DNA of 64,000 nt from Meyerozyma guilliermondii (GCA_051546255.1 CP128817.1:248001-312000); one strand, 5' to 3'. Positions 49,658 through 61,103 are shown, counted from the first letter of the stretch. The notes: a model not told the origin generated them from the letters alone. Program-made: numbers and translations.

Positions 49658-52117
49658 CTATGCTATTCCTTGCAGACCCCCGTTATTAACGTCTGCTCCT
49701 TCCTTCTCCTCGCTTGCTTCGGGGATTACGCTCCAGCCCATACGTTTGTTGAGTCTTTCATACCTGGCCCTGTCTTTATCGTTAACACTTGGATTGATGC
49801 TGTTGAGAGCTTTCAAAAAGTCTTCTTGTGTCACTTCCACTTCGTCGCTCTCTTCTTGCTGGTCGTAGTACCCCGAAGCATCCAAATCCTTTATGTTTTG
49901 CCCATGAAAGAACTTTTTCTTCAAAGCCACCACACCAGCTTCTCGTACTAAAGAAGACAAATCAGCACCAGAAAAGTTACGACACCTCTCATCGTATGCA
50001 ATGGTATGGAGATCAACGGAACTTGCCAAGGGGGTGCCACAAGCACGTACTAATGTCTGTAAGATCTCAAGTCTTTCTGCAGAACTTGGAAGCTCGATAT
50101 ACAATGTTTTGTCTAACCGACCTGGACGCAACATTGCAGGGTCGATCATATCTGGTCTATTGGTTGCACCTACCACAAATATTCCCTTTCTATCATTCAA
50201 GCCGTCTAATTCTGTCAAGAGAGTATTAACTACTCTGGAACTAGACTCAGATAATGAAGTGTCTCTTCGAGGAACCAAAGCGTCCAATTCATCAAAGAAA
50301 ATTATACAAGGAACTGAAGCTCTTGCTCTTTGAAATAATTGACGAACAGCTTTCTCAGACTCACCAACGTACTTGTTTAATAATTCTGGACCTTTGATAG
50401 AGATGAAGTTGGCTCTAGATTCATTGGCTACAGCTTTAGCCAAAAGTGTCTTACCACATCCTGGTGGTCCCCACATAAGTACTCCCGCCGGTGCGGTTAT
50501 ACCTACTTTTTCATAAAGCTCTGGTTTCTTGATGGGCTGGACAATACACATGTGCAATTCCATCCGAATATGATTGAGTGCCCCCACGTTGCGCCAAGTA
50601 ACATCTGGGACAGTCGCAAATCCTTCTCTCTTTGCTGTGGGTTGAATTGTTGGTAATGCCACAAGAAAGTCATCATAGGTGATTGCTAGAGGCAGTAATT
50701 GTTCAGGAGTCAAAGGATTTGGATGTTGCATCAAGAACCTTTGAATCGTCGATAACTTCTCTGCCTCTGATTTACTGTCAAAATTAGATTTATCAGTCTC
50801 CATTTCCAAATCCATTGAGTTTACTTCGTTCGATAGTAACTCGGCTTCGTGCTCACTAAGGCTTTCAAATATCCGCTTTATAGCCGAAATTCCGGCTGCT
50901 GTGACTAAACTCTTGAGATCTGCTCCCACATATCCAGGAGTTCTTTTTGAGAGCTCAACAAAGTTGAATGAATCTGGATCTTGGAGCTTTAGCTGTTTTG
51001 TCATGGCCTTAAGAATGGAACACCGTTGTGCTTCACCAGGTACGTTGAGACAAATTTCTCGGTCAAATCTTCCAGCCCTTCGCAATGCTGAGTCGAGAGA
51101 GTCTGGTCTATTTGTTGCACCGATCACGATCACAGCTTTGCCGTCTGTTTTAGACAAGCTTAATTCGTCCATTAAAGTGAGAAGTTGAGCCACAATTCTT
51201 CTCTCCATTTCACGCTGCGCTCCTCCATCCCTTTTAGGGGTGATCGCGTCAATTTCATCGATGAAAACCAAGCAAGGAGCCAAAGACTTAGCTTCATCAA
51301 AGATCTCTCGTAATTTTTTCTCCGATTCACCTGACATCCCTGATACGACAGATGGAGCAGATATGTTAAGAAATGGAACCTTGAGTTCACCAGCCAAAGC
51401 ATTGGCAATAGTTGTCTTTCCACATCCTGGTGGTCCATATAAGAGAACACCTCTTGGTGGTTCGACCCCAGTAGCTGTATAAATTTCCAGGTGTAGTATG
51501 GGCAAACCAATAAGCTCCAAAAGGTCCTTTGTGACTTCTTCGAGCCCGCCTAAAGAAGAGAGTGTTATTGATGGAGGTGTGTGATCAAGTTTGCTCTTTT
51601 GACGCTTCGTTACTTGTTTTGATGACGAATTTTTCAGTCTCTTCTTCTCGTTTTTCTTATCTTCTTCGTCTTTTTGTTCGTCATTTTCACTGTCTTTGGT
51701 GCTTTCCAAGTTCCACAATGAAATCACCGACTTATTCAAAGCGTTGGTATCTTTTACCTCCATTAGGTCCTTCTCATCTACTCCTTCAAAGTCACTATCT
51801 ATTACGTCACCAATGGATGGGGACATGTTGTCGCCATTATCTTCAATTTCTTCGATCTCTTGATCTCTCGCAGCCTGTAATGCAGTTTCTACGACCTTCA
51901 AGAGCATGTTTCTCTTGGTTCTACGCAACAGAAAGTCCTTGGCTTGGACATAATCGACTACTTGAGAAGGTCGTAAATCACGAGCCAACGCTATACTGAA
52001 ACTGTCGTCATCTGGAGCGTCTTTTTTCCTTTGCTCTGTCTCCTCTACAAGTAAATTCTGTATGAGATTATACACCTTCAGCTCAAGGCTCCCGGTGAGA
52101 CTCCTTTTCTTGGCCAT
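49658..52117 (-). CDS. RIX7: Ribosome biogenesis AAA-ATPase Rix7 (NVL)
   Basis: Two AAA modules (GPPGCGKT twice, FIDEID/FFDELD), VVSGMSGESEKK, AQREMERRIVAQL and ELLNKYVGESE. PAC core GATGAG at 52150. Confidence 0.96.
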   Translation of the reverse strand: MAKKRSLTGSLELKVYNLIQNLLVEETEQRKKDAPDDDSFSIALARDLRPSQVVDYVQAKDFLLRRTKRNMLLKVVETALQAARDQEIEEIEDNGDNMSPSIGDVIDSDFEGVDEKDLMEVKDTNALNKSVISLWNLESTKDSENDEQKDEEDKKNEKKRLKNSSSKQVTKRQKSKLDHTPPSITLSSLGGLEEVTKDLLELIGLPILHLEIYTATGVEPPRGVLLYGPPGCGKTTIANALAGELKVPFLNISAPSVVSGMSGESEKKLREIFDEAKSLAPCLVFIDEIDAITPKRDGGAQREMERRIVAQLLTLMDELSLSKTDGKAVIVIGATNRPDSLDSALRRAGRFDREICLNVPGEAQRCSILKAMTKQLKLQDPDSFNFVELSKRTPGYVGADLKSLVTAAGISAIKRIFESLSEHEAELLSNEVNSMDLEMETDKSNFDSKSEAEKLSTIQRFLMQHPNPLTPEQLLPLAITYDDFLVALPTIQPTAKREGFATVPDVTWRNVGALNHIRMELHMCIVQPIKKPELYEKVGITAPAGVLMWGPPGCGKTLLAKAVANESRANFISIKGPELLNKYVGESEKAVRQLFQRARASVPCIIFFDELDALVPRRDTSLSESSSRVVNTLLTELDGLNDRKGIFVVGATNRPDMIDPAMLRPGRLDKTLYIELPSSAERLEILQTLVRACGTPLASSVDLHTIAYDERCRNFSGADLSSLVREAGVVALKKKFFHGQNIKDLDASGYYDQQEESDEVEVTQEDFLKALNSINPSVNDKDRARYERLNKRMGWSVIPEASEEKEGADVNNGGLQGIA

Positions 52118-52871
52118 GGAGGTTGCAAGACAGTTACAAGAATTTGTGTGATGAGGTACTATGGTTTATGTGCAGTATTATTGAGATGGTGTAACGATGT
52201 TCAAAGAACTGTCAAGTAGGCGAGTACAAGAGATTCGAGTTTTGAAATTTGAGTTGTCTCAAAGGCGAATAGCATGCAAAAGTACTTGGTGTACCTCAAT
52301 GTGACGTTACAATGATGTTTGATCTATTTTTCAAATTTACGAAATGACGCAATTTTGCATTTTGCAATAATTAGAGTGACATGGTAAACACAGCCGAGGG
52401 GCCGAGGGTATATCGATTGGCTTCCATGCGTTCATAGAACGTGTACCATCGGTATTCCGGCGCAAACTATACCAGCAAGAGTCGTTTGCAGCAGCAATTG
52501 CCGCTATCATATGGTGTTCTACGGTTATAATCTGTATGTTTGCCCATTCCTTCATTTGGACTTAAACTTTACATCTGCCGCTCCCGATCAACGACAAGAA
52601 AATTCGTACTAAATTGACTGTTTCTGTGGCCCAATACGAGTGATGTGCGGCCCCGGAATTTAGAAGGTTGCCGCCGCACATTTCCTAATCGGGACAGAGT
52701 AGCAATCATAGTCATGGATACAAGGTACGAAACGATGCCATAGCAGCAACTTATGCCCACAAAGCCGCACTGGTCAGTGGTGGCACCATGCAGCAAACAA
52801 CCGAGCACATGATTTTCCAAACTATAAAAATGCATCGATTCCCCTCGTCGGATCATTAACAAAACATAAAC

Positions 52872-53237
52872 ATGTCTGACTTAGGTAGAAAGAACGTTTC
52901 CGACAAAGTAACTGAGGCTGTCAAGCCTGACAGTGAGAAGTCTACCTTGGAGAAGGCCAAGGAGAGTGCCACTGACGGATTGGACAAGTTCGCTGCTAAG
53001 GGTACTCCAGACAACCAAAAGTCTTTCGCTCAAAGTGTGTCTGACAATGTCCAACAAGGTCACGATGATGCCAAGAAGGCTGCTAACAATGAGCAAGCCA
53101 CTTTGGCCGAAACTGCCTCCGAATACGTTGACGCTGCTAAGGAACAAATTGCCAATGCTGCTCAATACGTCAGTGGTGTTGTTACTGGTGCCACTGAGGG
53201 TGCCAAGGACGCTTCTAACGACTTGAACAAGAAATAG
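52872..53237 (+). CDS. HSP12: Hsp9/Hsp12-family stress protein
   Basis: MSDLGRKNVSDK...KPDSEKS.LEKAKE..TD..DKFA, strong codon bias, and TATAAAA at 52823. Confidence 0.93.
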   Translation: MSDLGRKNVSDKVTEAVKPDSEKSTLEKAKESATDGLDKFAAKGTPDNQKSFAQSVSDNVQQGHDDAKKAANNEQATLAETASEYVDAAKEQIANAAQYVSGVVTGATEGAKDASNDLNKK

Positions 53238-53353
53238 ATATATACTAATTCTCAATTATAATACATGAATAGATGTTCCTTATCTGTAAGTTTTTAGAAC
53301 AAATGCGACGTCGCAACACCTAGAAAATATATACAGGAAAACGGATATAGAGC

Positions 53354-53361
53354 CTCATCGC
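53354..53361. promoter_or_regulatory. PAC element upstream of ESF2
   Basis: CTCATCGC (reverse complement GCGATGAG) about 30 bp before the ATG of a ribosome-biogenesis gene. Confidence 0.6.
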
Positions 53362-53392
53362 GAACGATCATATTCGGTCGGATACAACTCAA

Positions 53393-54343
53393 ATGGCAAA
53401 AAAAAATCAGGCTGGTGGAACAGAGTCACTTTTCGGCGTTCACGACAGCGATCTGGAACACCCAATGAGTGGATCTGATGTAGAAAATGAAGTTTCAGAT
53501 GCTGCTAGTGACGATGAGAACGATTTTGATTCGGAAGAGGAGGAATTGCAAATTCAAGAGACAAGAAAGAAACTCGGAATAGTTGATAATTTTGCCAAAA
53601 CTGAAGACAAAGACGACAACGACGATGATGATGATGATGATTCTGATCAGGAACTGGTGCTGGTACCTGATGGTATACAGAATCATAAACTCAAGAAACT
53701 CACGGCTGAGCAGCTAGAGAAAGAAACTAAGAAAATCAAAAAGACTGGAGTCTGCTATCTTTCCCGTATCCCCCCATATATGAAGCCTTCGACCTTGCGA
53801 ACCATTCTCTCCAAATTTGGAAAGGTAGACAGACTATTCTTGAAACCTGAAGATGCAGCTACGTATAATAAGAGAGTAAAGTACGGAGGAAACAAGAAAA
53901 AAAATTACACAGAAGGGTGGGTCGAATTTGTCAAGAAGAGAGAGGCAAAGATCTGCGCCTCAACAATGAACGGAAATAAAATTGGTGGACGTAAAACGTC
54001 GTATTATTACGATGATATCATGAATATCAAATATTTGCCGAAATTCAAGTGGCATGATTTGACGCAACAGATCGCCAAGGAGAACGAAGTAAGGCTGGCC
54101 AAATTGGCACTCGAACTTTCACAGCAACAGAAAATGAACAAGAGTTTTATCAACAATGTGGAGAAATCAAAAATGATTAAGAATATACAAAAGAAGAGAA
54201 ATACTCAGGATGAAGACGATGAGATGCGACGCTTCTATAAGCAAAGAAAGGTCACCAGCACCAGAGCTGAAGCCAAGGACGACTTAAAGGTCAAATCAAA
54301 ACCTGATGATAAATTGACCAATGTTCTTTCAAAGGTCTTCTGA
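53393..54343 (+). CDS. ESF2: Pre-rRNA processing protein Esf2 (ABT1)
   Basis: GVCYLSRIPPYMKP, YTEGWVEF and MNIKYLPKFKW. The acidic N-terminus includes (GAT)6 at 53624-53641. Confidence 0.95.
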   Translation: MAKKNQAGGTESLFGVHDSDLEHPMSGSDVENEVSDAASDDENDFDSEEEELQIQETRKKLGIVDNFAKTEDKDDNDDDDDDDSDQELVLVPDGIQNHKLKKLTAEQLEKETKKIKKTGVCYLSRIPPYMKPSTLRTILSKFGKVDRLFLKPEDAATYNKRVKYGGNKKKNYTEGWVEFVKKREAKICASTMNGNKIGGRKTSYYYDDIMNIKYLPKFKWHDLTQQIAKENEVRLAKLALELSQQQKMNKSFINNVEKSKMIKNIQKKRNTQDEDDEMRRFYKQRKVTSTRAEAKDDLKVKSKPDDKLTNVLSKVF

Positions 54344-54391
54344 CCACCTGCATTACATTATACAATAATATACATTGGGCTCACTCGAGTC

Positions 54392-55723
54392 CTATAATAC
54401 ACTTCGTTTGGATCGGAGCTTACCCTTTCTCGGCAATATTCTCGTTTTCTTCGTTTTCAACTTACTGTACTCAGTTAAGAAATCCACCCTCTGTTTGAGC
54501 TCGTTCTTGTTGACACAGTTAAATTCTCGGAGTACATGGCCGCTGTCAATGATCTCCTCTTTGCTCATAAGATTCAGCCTGATAAGCTGGTCTAGTTTGC
54601 TCCAGCGTTGTTCTGGCCAATCTCCGTAGTAGGCAACTTCACCACTACGTATTGATGATGGCACAACTTTTGATCTGCGATCAGTATGTTCTGGCTCAGA
54701 TATATTCTTGTAGATCGGGGTGGTTTTCTTTCGCCTCTTCCTCGGGCTGGAATTAATGCACCCAGATTCCTCATCCAAGCCGGGCAGACCTTCTCTTTTT
54801 CTAGGCCGGTGTCCCACGTCAGAACTGGGCTGCCTGGTGGAGTTGAGAACCATATCAATTTCATCCAATATCTTTTCAGGCGAATCACCTGAAGACTCGT
54901 CTGAATTGTCTGGAATGTTGTCCACATCATGAGATTCTTCCTCCCTGCTTTTTCTTCTGCTGTGAGTGTCGTTCTCAATCAATGATAAAATACTTTCGTT
55001 CATTCGCTCAAGAATCTCAGCACGACTCATATCGGGCAATTGGAGATCATGCTTCAAAAAACTGCTTCTATCAGATCTCAACAATGGCAGTGAGCGCCTG
55101 GCTGAAGGCTTAGGCGCTGGCAGAGATTCAGTACGCAAACTGGGCCGTTTTTCTCGAATCGTGGGTGACGGAATTGGCAGTTTCTGTTTGGTAGTGTCAT
55201 TTTTACGCTCTGTGCTACTTTCGTTCACAGGACGAGAGCGGATGTTATACTTTGGAGGGGTACCTAACTGAGCCTTCTCGATTATTTTGTAGCTTTTTAC
55301 CGGACTGGACTGTTGCATGTCTACCACGGCTGTTCGCAACGGTGAGGATGCCGCGGTGTCTAACTTGTTGTCATCTGTCAACAACTTGGTTTCTCTTATC
55401 TGCTTCTCATCATCTTCATCTAATGACTCTTGCACACTAGACACTATGGGCGGTTTTTTCAATGGGGTCCCATTGCGAGACTGGTACTTATTGATTCGTG
55501 CATAAGTTGAAGGGGACAATCTAGATGGAGTTTCAGCTTGCAGTCTTGCACCCGCGTCGCCTTTGAGTGGCATTTTAAGTACGGTGCTTTGCTCTACAAT
55601 GCCTTGAGAGGAGGGCTCTGCACCGTTTGTTGATAATGAGTTCGAAGTGCGCCCGATTCGTAGTTTGCGAGGAGTTTGTAGTTCGAGTTCATCGTCGAAC
55701 TCCAGCTCATGTTCACTGTCCAT
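54392..55723 (-). CDS. Uncharacterised, largely disordered protein rich in CDK consensus sites, with a small C-terminal helical domain
   Basis: 443-aa ORF filling the gap between ESF2 and DOP1, with NLS-like SPRKRRKK. No family recognised. Confidence 0.7.
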   Translation of the reverse strand: MDSEHELEFDDELELQTPRKLRIGRTSNSLSTNGAEPSSQGIVEQSTVLKMPLKGDAGARLQAETPSRLSPSTYARINKYQSRNGTPLKKPPIVSSVQESLDEDDEKQIRETKLLTDDNKLDTAASSPLRTAVVDMQQSSPVKSYKIIEKAQLGTPPKYNIRSRPVNESSTERKNDTTKQKLPIPSPTIREKRPSLRTESLPAPKPSARRSLPLLRSDRSSFLKHDLQLPDMSRAEILERMNESILSLIENDTHSRRKSREEESHDVDNIPDNSDESSGDSPEKILDEIDMVLNSTRQPSSDVGHRPRKREGLPGLDEESGCINSSPRKRRKKTTPIYKNISEPEHTDRRSKVVPSSIRSGEVAYYGDWPEQRWSKLDQLIRLNLMSKEEIIDSGHVLREFNCVNKNELKQRVDFLTEYSKLKTKKTRILPRKGKLRSKRSVL

Positions 55724-55881
55724 GATCCTAATTTACAGTTGAAAGGCAAATTCCCTTCGAGGGAAGCAGAGTTATTTTGCACCTTGGTGTTATGAAGCGG
55801 TTGCGAAGTTTAGGTTAATTGCAATTCCTGCACTTTGTTCTGTCTACCTTGTCTAGCTTGTTTAATGTCTATATCACATAT

Positions 55882-58800
55882 TTAACCCCGGAGTATCAAG
55901 TCGTTGAAAATGTCACTCCTTACACTATCGTAATCAACTTCGTAAAGACCATAAGTTCTTTCAAAATTGATCATACTCAACGACTCAAAGAATAATCTTA
56001 ATCGCGAAATATTCTCGAGATGTACCACTCCATGAAGTAGCGGTTTAAGTAAGCCCGAGGGTTGGTCAATCTTGATAGGAGGCTCTCTAGCAACAACAAG
56101 GTCTTTGGATGCAATTATGTCCACAAGAGCGTGCAGCTGCTGGGGCCGAGTGACAATTTTCGATTCTGCAGAAACGAAGAGCCAGTCACTCAAGGTAAAT
56201 TCATCATGACGAGCAAGAAGTAGTTGGTCCAAAAGCTTACAACTAGCAAGCACCAATTGAAGTTCGTCCTTGCTCATGGAAAGCAAATGTTTTGAATCGC
56301 GTTCAGCTATAGATTCAAAAACGAGGAGCAATTCGTGCACTATTATGGACCATCTGGGTATAAGATGGACATCGTCAAAGCAGGTAACAATTGCCCTGAA
56401 TAAAACCATTATGTGAGCACGATATGCGAAGGGACAACTGTTTCCAAGCGAGTACTCGATTTTGGAGAAAAGATCTCCAAGATAAACCAAGAAAAAGTTC
56501 TTTGGCGCAGCCATCAATAAGTAAGTCACCCTGCGTGAAACGAACACTTTACCTTCGATTTCTGAGCTCTCTCCCCAGGTGAAGATGTTACCAGCTGTTG
56601 ATTGTACCGAGGGTGTGAATTTTATAATAAGTTCTTTAAGTTTTTCTTTATCAGTCTTGATCCAAAGACCAATGATTTCTTCCCAGAGGCTCAAATTCTC
56701 CGCTGGCTGCGTTTCGAAAAAGCTATTATCCATAAAGGCATCATAAACCAAAACTTTCCACGCCTTTATGGGATGATGTTTTCCAATGGCAAGAGTCAAC
56801 TTAAGTACCCTCGTAGGTACCTCATTGATGAGTTTAGCTTTGATGCTGGGAGTGATCATATGTTGAAGAATTGAACTAACACAAGAAGTGGCCCTTTCCG
56901 TTTCAGGAAACATTTCATCAAGGTGTTCCACGACGTTGTGAATGGTCACAAATATATTGCTGGTCAAGTTCGCTGTCTCTGTGCTGATTTCTTTCTTCTC
57001 AGTTGATATAGCCTCAACTTGGTTCTTAGGACTGATGTTCGCTTGGATCAACCTAAACAAAATATCTGAGATTTCTTTGCGGTATTTTTTCTGTTCACTG
57101 GACTTGGAAACCCTGGCTTTGTCCATCAAATGTTTAGCCGCTTGAAGCAAATCGGACAACACATCCTTGTATTGATTTGCGTAGGTCAAAACATCTTTGA
57201 AAAATTGTGTGGTTGGAGTCCATATATCCGAAAGTGAATCGGTATCAATGGATTCAATATATTTGATCAAAAAGCTTGAGGCCTGATTGGCACTAATGTG
57301 GACATTCCCTGATGATCTTTTCGATTCCGGCAAGATTTGAGGACAACTGAAGCTTGTGATCGTATCGTAGATATATGGAAGTGTAACCTGACACCTACCG
57401 CCATCTAAAACATGCAACAACTTTACCACCAGGGGTTCATTTGTGGAAATCAAACATTCAATCACTTCCTGCCTTTCAAGGTCCATCAACGTTTCGAGAA
57501 CCTTTCTAGTTTTGAACTTCAACTTGTGTGCAACATATGTTCTCGATTTTATGGCAGTCGTCCCCAACGAGTCAGATACAGAGCGATCGGAGTCTGCCCA
57601 TGCCCAAACCTTGAATATTGAGTTTACGGCATCTTGAAACGAGATTAGCACCGAAAATAGCTTGTTCTGTTCTGACGTTTTGAGAGCCGGTGATTCCAAT
57701 TGGAAGACTCCTTGTATCACATTGCCAAAGAATCCAGACTCTGGAGTCGAATTAGTAATTTCTTGGTTACTTTTAGCTTTTGACGTCATCAAGTAGCTGT
57801 GTGTGATCGATAATAGGTCCTCCACTCCCCCCAAGACGATATTTATTGCCCGCTCAATGTCCTCATATTCATCACTATTGGGCTGACTCAAAGAGCTGAA
57901 ATACTTGTCAATTTTCCTTAAAAGGCAGTCATTGACAATCAAAATGACACTGTACACCGATTCATTAAACAAATAAAGGCTGCTGACGAGAAGCAGAACC
58001 CACAGTTTTAGCAAAACAACAGTTCGAGCACTGGTAATGCCATTGATAAAAAAATGCACAAAAGGTGATTCTTTTGCATCGTCCTCCACATGCAATAGGT
58101 TCAATGCTATTCGCATGTTTTTGGAAAGGTTCAAGAAGTGACTGATACAGTCTAGATACGTGGCTTCCACCATCTCCATTTGGTAATTAGAGCTGTAAGG
58201 ACTGGAAACTATCTTGGAGCACGATTGAAGTAGCACCAGAAACCTTTGGGAAAAGTCCGCCTCATTTCCAGAAAGAAGGTATTTGTATAGTCTCAAGCAT
58301 CGATCCACCGCATTTCCATAGCTCACGAAATCTCTAGTCGAACTGTCAAAGGCGTTTGCGACAAGCAGCAAGTTCAAGAATTTTTCGATTATCATCAACA
58401 GTAGCGATTTATATGTTGAAACATTCCACTCGTTATCCTTGAATAGATTGATCTTCAACTTACTGTCTGTCACTGCAAACTCATTGCTGAAAGCATCTCT
58501 GAGTTGCTTAACATTAGCCTCAACAACTCGTACTATAACATCAAGATGATATTCGAACAAGCTCACATCATCAGTGGTTCCAATCGTATCCTTGTCATGC
58601 CTCATGAAGTCAAATTTCAATAGCGGATCGGTTATCATCTTTAAAAGGCGATTTGCTGAACCATTCTTTACAACATTATCGATGAAGTCATTGACCATCA
58701 ACGAGTTTTTGCTGTCCTGAACCTGTAAGTCATCAAGCAAGATGAAAAGAGGTCTTGCAAGCATTGCATCAGAATCGTTAAGGGCTTGAGAATGGGTCCA

Positions 58801-60939
58801 AAGCGTTCCAAGCGCTGCTATGCGTTCATATATGGAAGAATTGAGTAGCAAACGAACAATTCCCGCTTCAATGTGAAACAGAGAATAGTTAATTTGCAAA
58901 TCAAAGATGCACTTGACAGCTTCCACTTGGTAGCTGATGCGACCATTAGAAGTGAGAGCAATCCATATGTTTGACAAAATGATAGTTAACAATTTAACTT
59001 TTTCTTCCGGTGACAAAAGAGGCATAAAATAAACGCTCAATTTAGAAACACTCAACGCACCGTGTAAATTTCTTTGCTTGTCGTTGTTTGGCGTGATACT
59101 CTCAGTTATAGGCATTTCAAGGACATCCTTCACCATTGATTTCAAGATGGAATTTCTAATATCACGCGGGACCAACTCGGCAAGATGACAGAACATTATT
59201 GAATACTTTTGGGGCTCCTCTTCAAGAAATAACTTCTCCTTCATCACCCGTGAAAAGTTATCGAAAATTAGATAGGCAATTGTTGGAGGGTTGTATGGAA
59301 CTTCACGTTGCTTGGTGACCTGGTCATTAGAGTAATACTCTTCTATCTTAGGCCGGATTTCGAGCCTATCAACTTCCTCATGAGCTGTATCATCTTGGCC
59401 GAATGCTTCCTTTGACAACAAGTAAACGAGAAACTCGATTTCTCTTATGAGATCTGCTCCATCTTCTTTCTGTGACCTCATAAGAACGGCCAATAATGCA
59501 ATTGGGGCATGAATTGTAACCATTTCCTCTTCACGAAGATCAAAGTTTTGAAAGATAAAATTCACCACGTCCAATCTTGAACTTTCACCATTCAAGAGAA
59601 CAGGAACTATTTCGCTCCATATGTAATCAGCCTCCACGCCATCGAAGAATGTTTGAACGGATAGGAAAAGCTCCCTGCTACTTACACCATCTTTAGATTT
59701 GTGAGTATCATAGCATGTCTCTAGGATTGCTTGAAACACCTTTGGTGTTAACAAATGGCTGATTTCCCACTTATCCATGATCAAAATCGATGCCATCTTA
59801 ACAGCGTCAATCTTGGCTTTGATTGAAGACACGCTCTTGAGTGTTTTGAGGATCCCTTCTGCCACTGAGTGCAAGCCATACTTTGAGAAGTAATCGGCCC
59901 TTGAGTCACTATGACGTTCTGATTTCAACGAATCAACTTCAGGACCCAAAAGCCAGTTCCACAACCTTCTGGTTAAGCTCATATCTTTCCTCAAAGTTGC
60001 ACGGCAGCAAGACATCACCAATAATTCTTTGTCGCCTTGATGAACTACCTTATTTAGCAAGTCACTGTCCAAAGGAAGATGTGACAAAAGAAGGTCAAAG
60101 AAGCCTCTGGCGACAAAGGTGCCACTCGAATTGTCACTGGTGTAATCTGAATCGATAACTGCTGCAAATGCTCTCACTACTAGACCAGGCTCAGAGTTCA
60201 AGCATGCTTGAGCTTCATCTGAAAAGATTACAGCCTGCTCTTCACTTTCCTGTTTGATGGAGGTGAACAAGGGGAGCCTTCGAACACACCAGAAGTAAGC
60301 GCCGAGTCGTTTTTCCGGGTTGGTTATAATGCTCAAAAACATGCATTCCCAGAAATGAGAATCGTCGTCGAGGCTCAGTTTGAACTGATCCATAAGTTCT
60401 ACTACATCCTGAAACACTTCGGAATTTTCATCGTCGAGCCCAGGAAGTAGACTCAATATGAATGGTTTTGACATGCGATGAAGAACCTGGCTATTGGCGT
60501 TAGCTAGGAAATGCAGCTTGTAAATGTTGATGATTTGAGGCTTGACTTGCACCGAGCAGTAGTTGAATAAGGGAAATAGTCCAGGGATCCACATTGAAGC
60601 CTGGCTGTTAAATGTTTCTTTGGTTAAAGCCATAAATATGCTGTCGTAAATACTCAAAGCCTTTTGATGAACTCCATTGGGAAGCGATGTGGATAAACAG
60701 AGACTTAATTTGTTTGCTACCTTGTGAGAGTGGGGGATCCATGAAACTGTGTGACGGGACTTCAAGTCATCTGATAATTGAAGTGCTTTTTGAAGTCTCG
60801 ATAAAAATGCAATGTAGTCGGCCCATTCTTCGAGGGCATCGAACGTCGATAAAGCCTTTTCTACCTGAATGGCATATCGTTTGTCTTTTGAAGACGTTGG
60901 GTCTTTATGCTTGGACGAATGGCTGCTAAAGGTTGCCAT
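55882..60939 (-). CDS. DOP1: Dopey-family Golgi/endosome trafficking protein
   Basis: Dopey_N motifs EWADYIAFLSRL, LPNGVHQKAL, LLPGLDDENSE and LRKDMSLTRRLWNWL. First ATG at 60939. Confidence 0.94.
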   Translation of the reverse strand: MATFSSHSSKHKDPTSSKDKRYAIQVEKALSTFDALEEWADYIAFLSRLQKALQLSDDLKSRHTVSWIPHSHKVANKLSLCLSTSLPNGVHQKALSIYDSIFMALTKETFNSQASMWIPGLFPLFNYCSVQVKPQIINIYKLHFLANANSQVLHRMSKPFILSLLPGLDDENSEVFQDVVELMDQFKLSLDDDSHFWECMFLSIITNPEKRLGAYFWCVRRLPLFTSIKQESEEQAVIFSDEAQACLNSEPGLVVRAFAAVIDSDYTSDNSSGTFVARGFFDLLLSHLPLDSDLLNKVVHQGDKELLVMSCCRATLRKDMSLTRRLWNWLLGPEVDSLKSERHSDSRADYFSKYGLHSVAEGILKTLKSVSSIKAKIDAVKMASILIMDKWEISHLLTPKVFQAILETCYDTHKSKDGVSSRELFLSVQTFFDGVEADYIWSEIVPVLLNGESSRLDVVNFIFQNFDLREEEMVTIHAPIALLAVLMRSQKEDGADLIREIEFLVYLLSKEAFGQDDTAHEEVDRLEIRPKIEEYYSNDQVTKQREVPYNPPTIAYLIFDNFSRVMKEKLFLEEEPQKYSIMFCHLAELVPRDIRNSILKSMVKDVLEMPITESITPNNDKQRNLHGALSVSKLSVYFMPLLSPEEKVKLLTIILSNIWIALTSNGRISYQVEAVKCIFDLQINYSLFHIEAGIVRLLLNSSIYERIAALGTLWTHSQALNDSDAMLARPLFILLDDLQVQDSKNSLMVNDFIDNVVKNGSANRLLKMITDPLLKFDFMRHDKDTIGTTDDVSLFEYHLDVIVRVVEANVKQLRDAFSNEFAVTDSKLKINLFKDNEWNVSTYKSLLLMIIEKFLNLLLVANAFDSSTRDFVSYGNAVDRCLRLYKYLLSGNEADFSQRFLVLLQSCSKIVSSPYSSNYQMEMVEATYLDCISHFLNLSKNMRIALNLLHVEDDAKESPFVHFFINGITSARTVVLLKLWVLLLVSSLYLFNESVYSVILIVNDCLLRKIDKYFSSLSQPNSDEYEDIERAINIVLGGVEDLLSITHSYLMTSKAKSNQEITNSTPESGFFGNVIQGVFQLESPALKTSEQNKLFSVLISFQDAVNSIFKVWAWADSDRSVSDSLGTTAIKSRTYVAHKLKFKTRKVLETLMDLERQEVIECLISTNEPLVVKLLHVLDGGRCQVTLPYIYDTITSFSCPQILPESKRSSGNVHISANQASSFLIKYIESIDTDSLSDIWTPTTQFFKDVLTYANQYKDVLSDLLQAAKHLMDKARVSKSSEQKKYRKEISDILFRLIQANISPKNQVEAISTEKKEISTETANLTSNIFVTIHNVVEHLDEMFPETERATSCVSSILQHMITPSIKAKLINEVPTRVLKLTLAIGKHHPIKAWKVLVYDAFMDNSFFETQPAENLSLWEEIIGLWIKTDKEKLKELIIKFTPSVQSTAGNIFTWGESSEIEGKVFVSRRVTYLLMAAPKNFFLVYLGDLFSKIEYSLGNSCPFAYRAHIMVLFRAIVTCFDDVHLIPRWSIIVHELLLVFESIAERDSKHLLSMSKDELQLVLASCKLLDQLLLARHDEFTLSDWLFVSAESKIVTRPQQLHALVDIIASKDLVVAREPPIKIDQPSGLLKPLLHGVVHLENISRLRLFFESLSMINFERTYGLYEVDYDSVRSDIFNDLILRG

Positions 60940-61103
60940 TGAACTTTTGGGCTTCTTACCAGGTACGTACAAACGTTACACGAGCCTCAAAAGTATACGG
61001 ACTGTGCAGGACCACCATCTAGAGAATTTGCCGTGGTAGTTTTTCTACTGAAATAATGGTAGTTATGAAATGGTATCGGTAAGAGTATAGTACTTCGGCT
61101 TTA

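Noticed and set aside
49200..49660. Retrotransposon LTR near the tRNA gene
   Set aside because: Flanks are short and show no TG...CA-bounded LTR-sized segment or target-site duplication.
52881..53255. 124-aa antisense ORF and 97-aa alternate-frame ORF over HSP12
   Set aside because: Typical shadows of a highly codon-biased gene, with no recognisable motifs.
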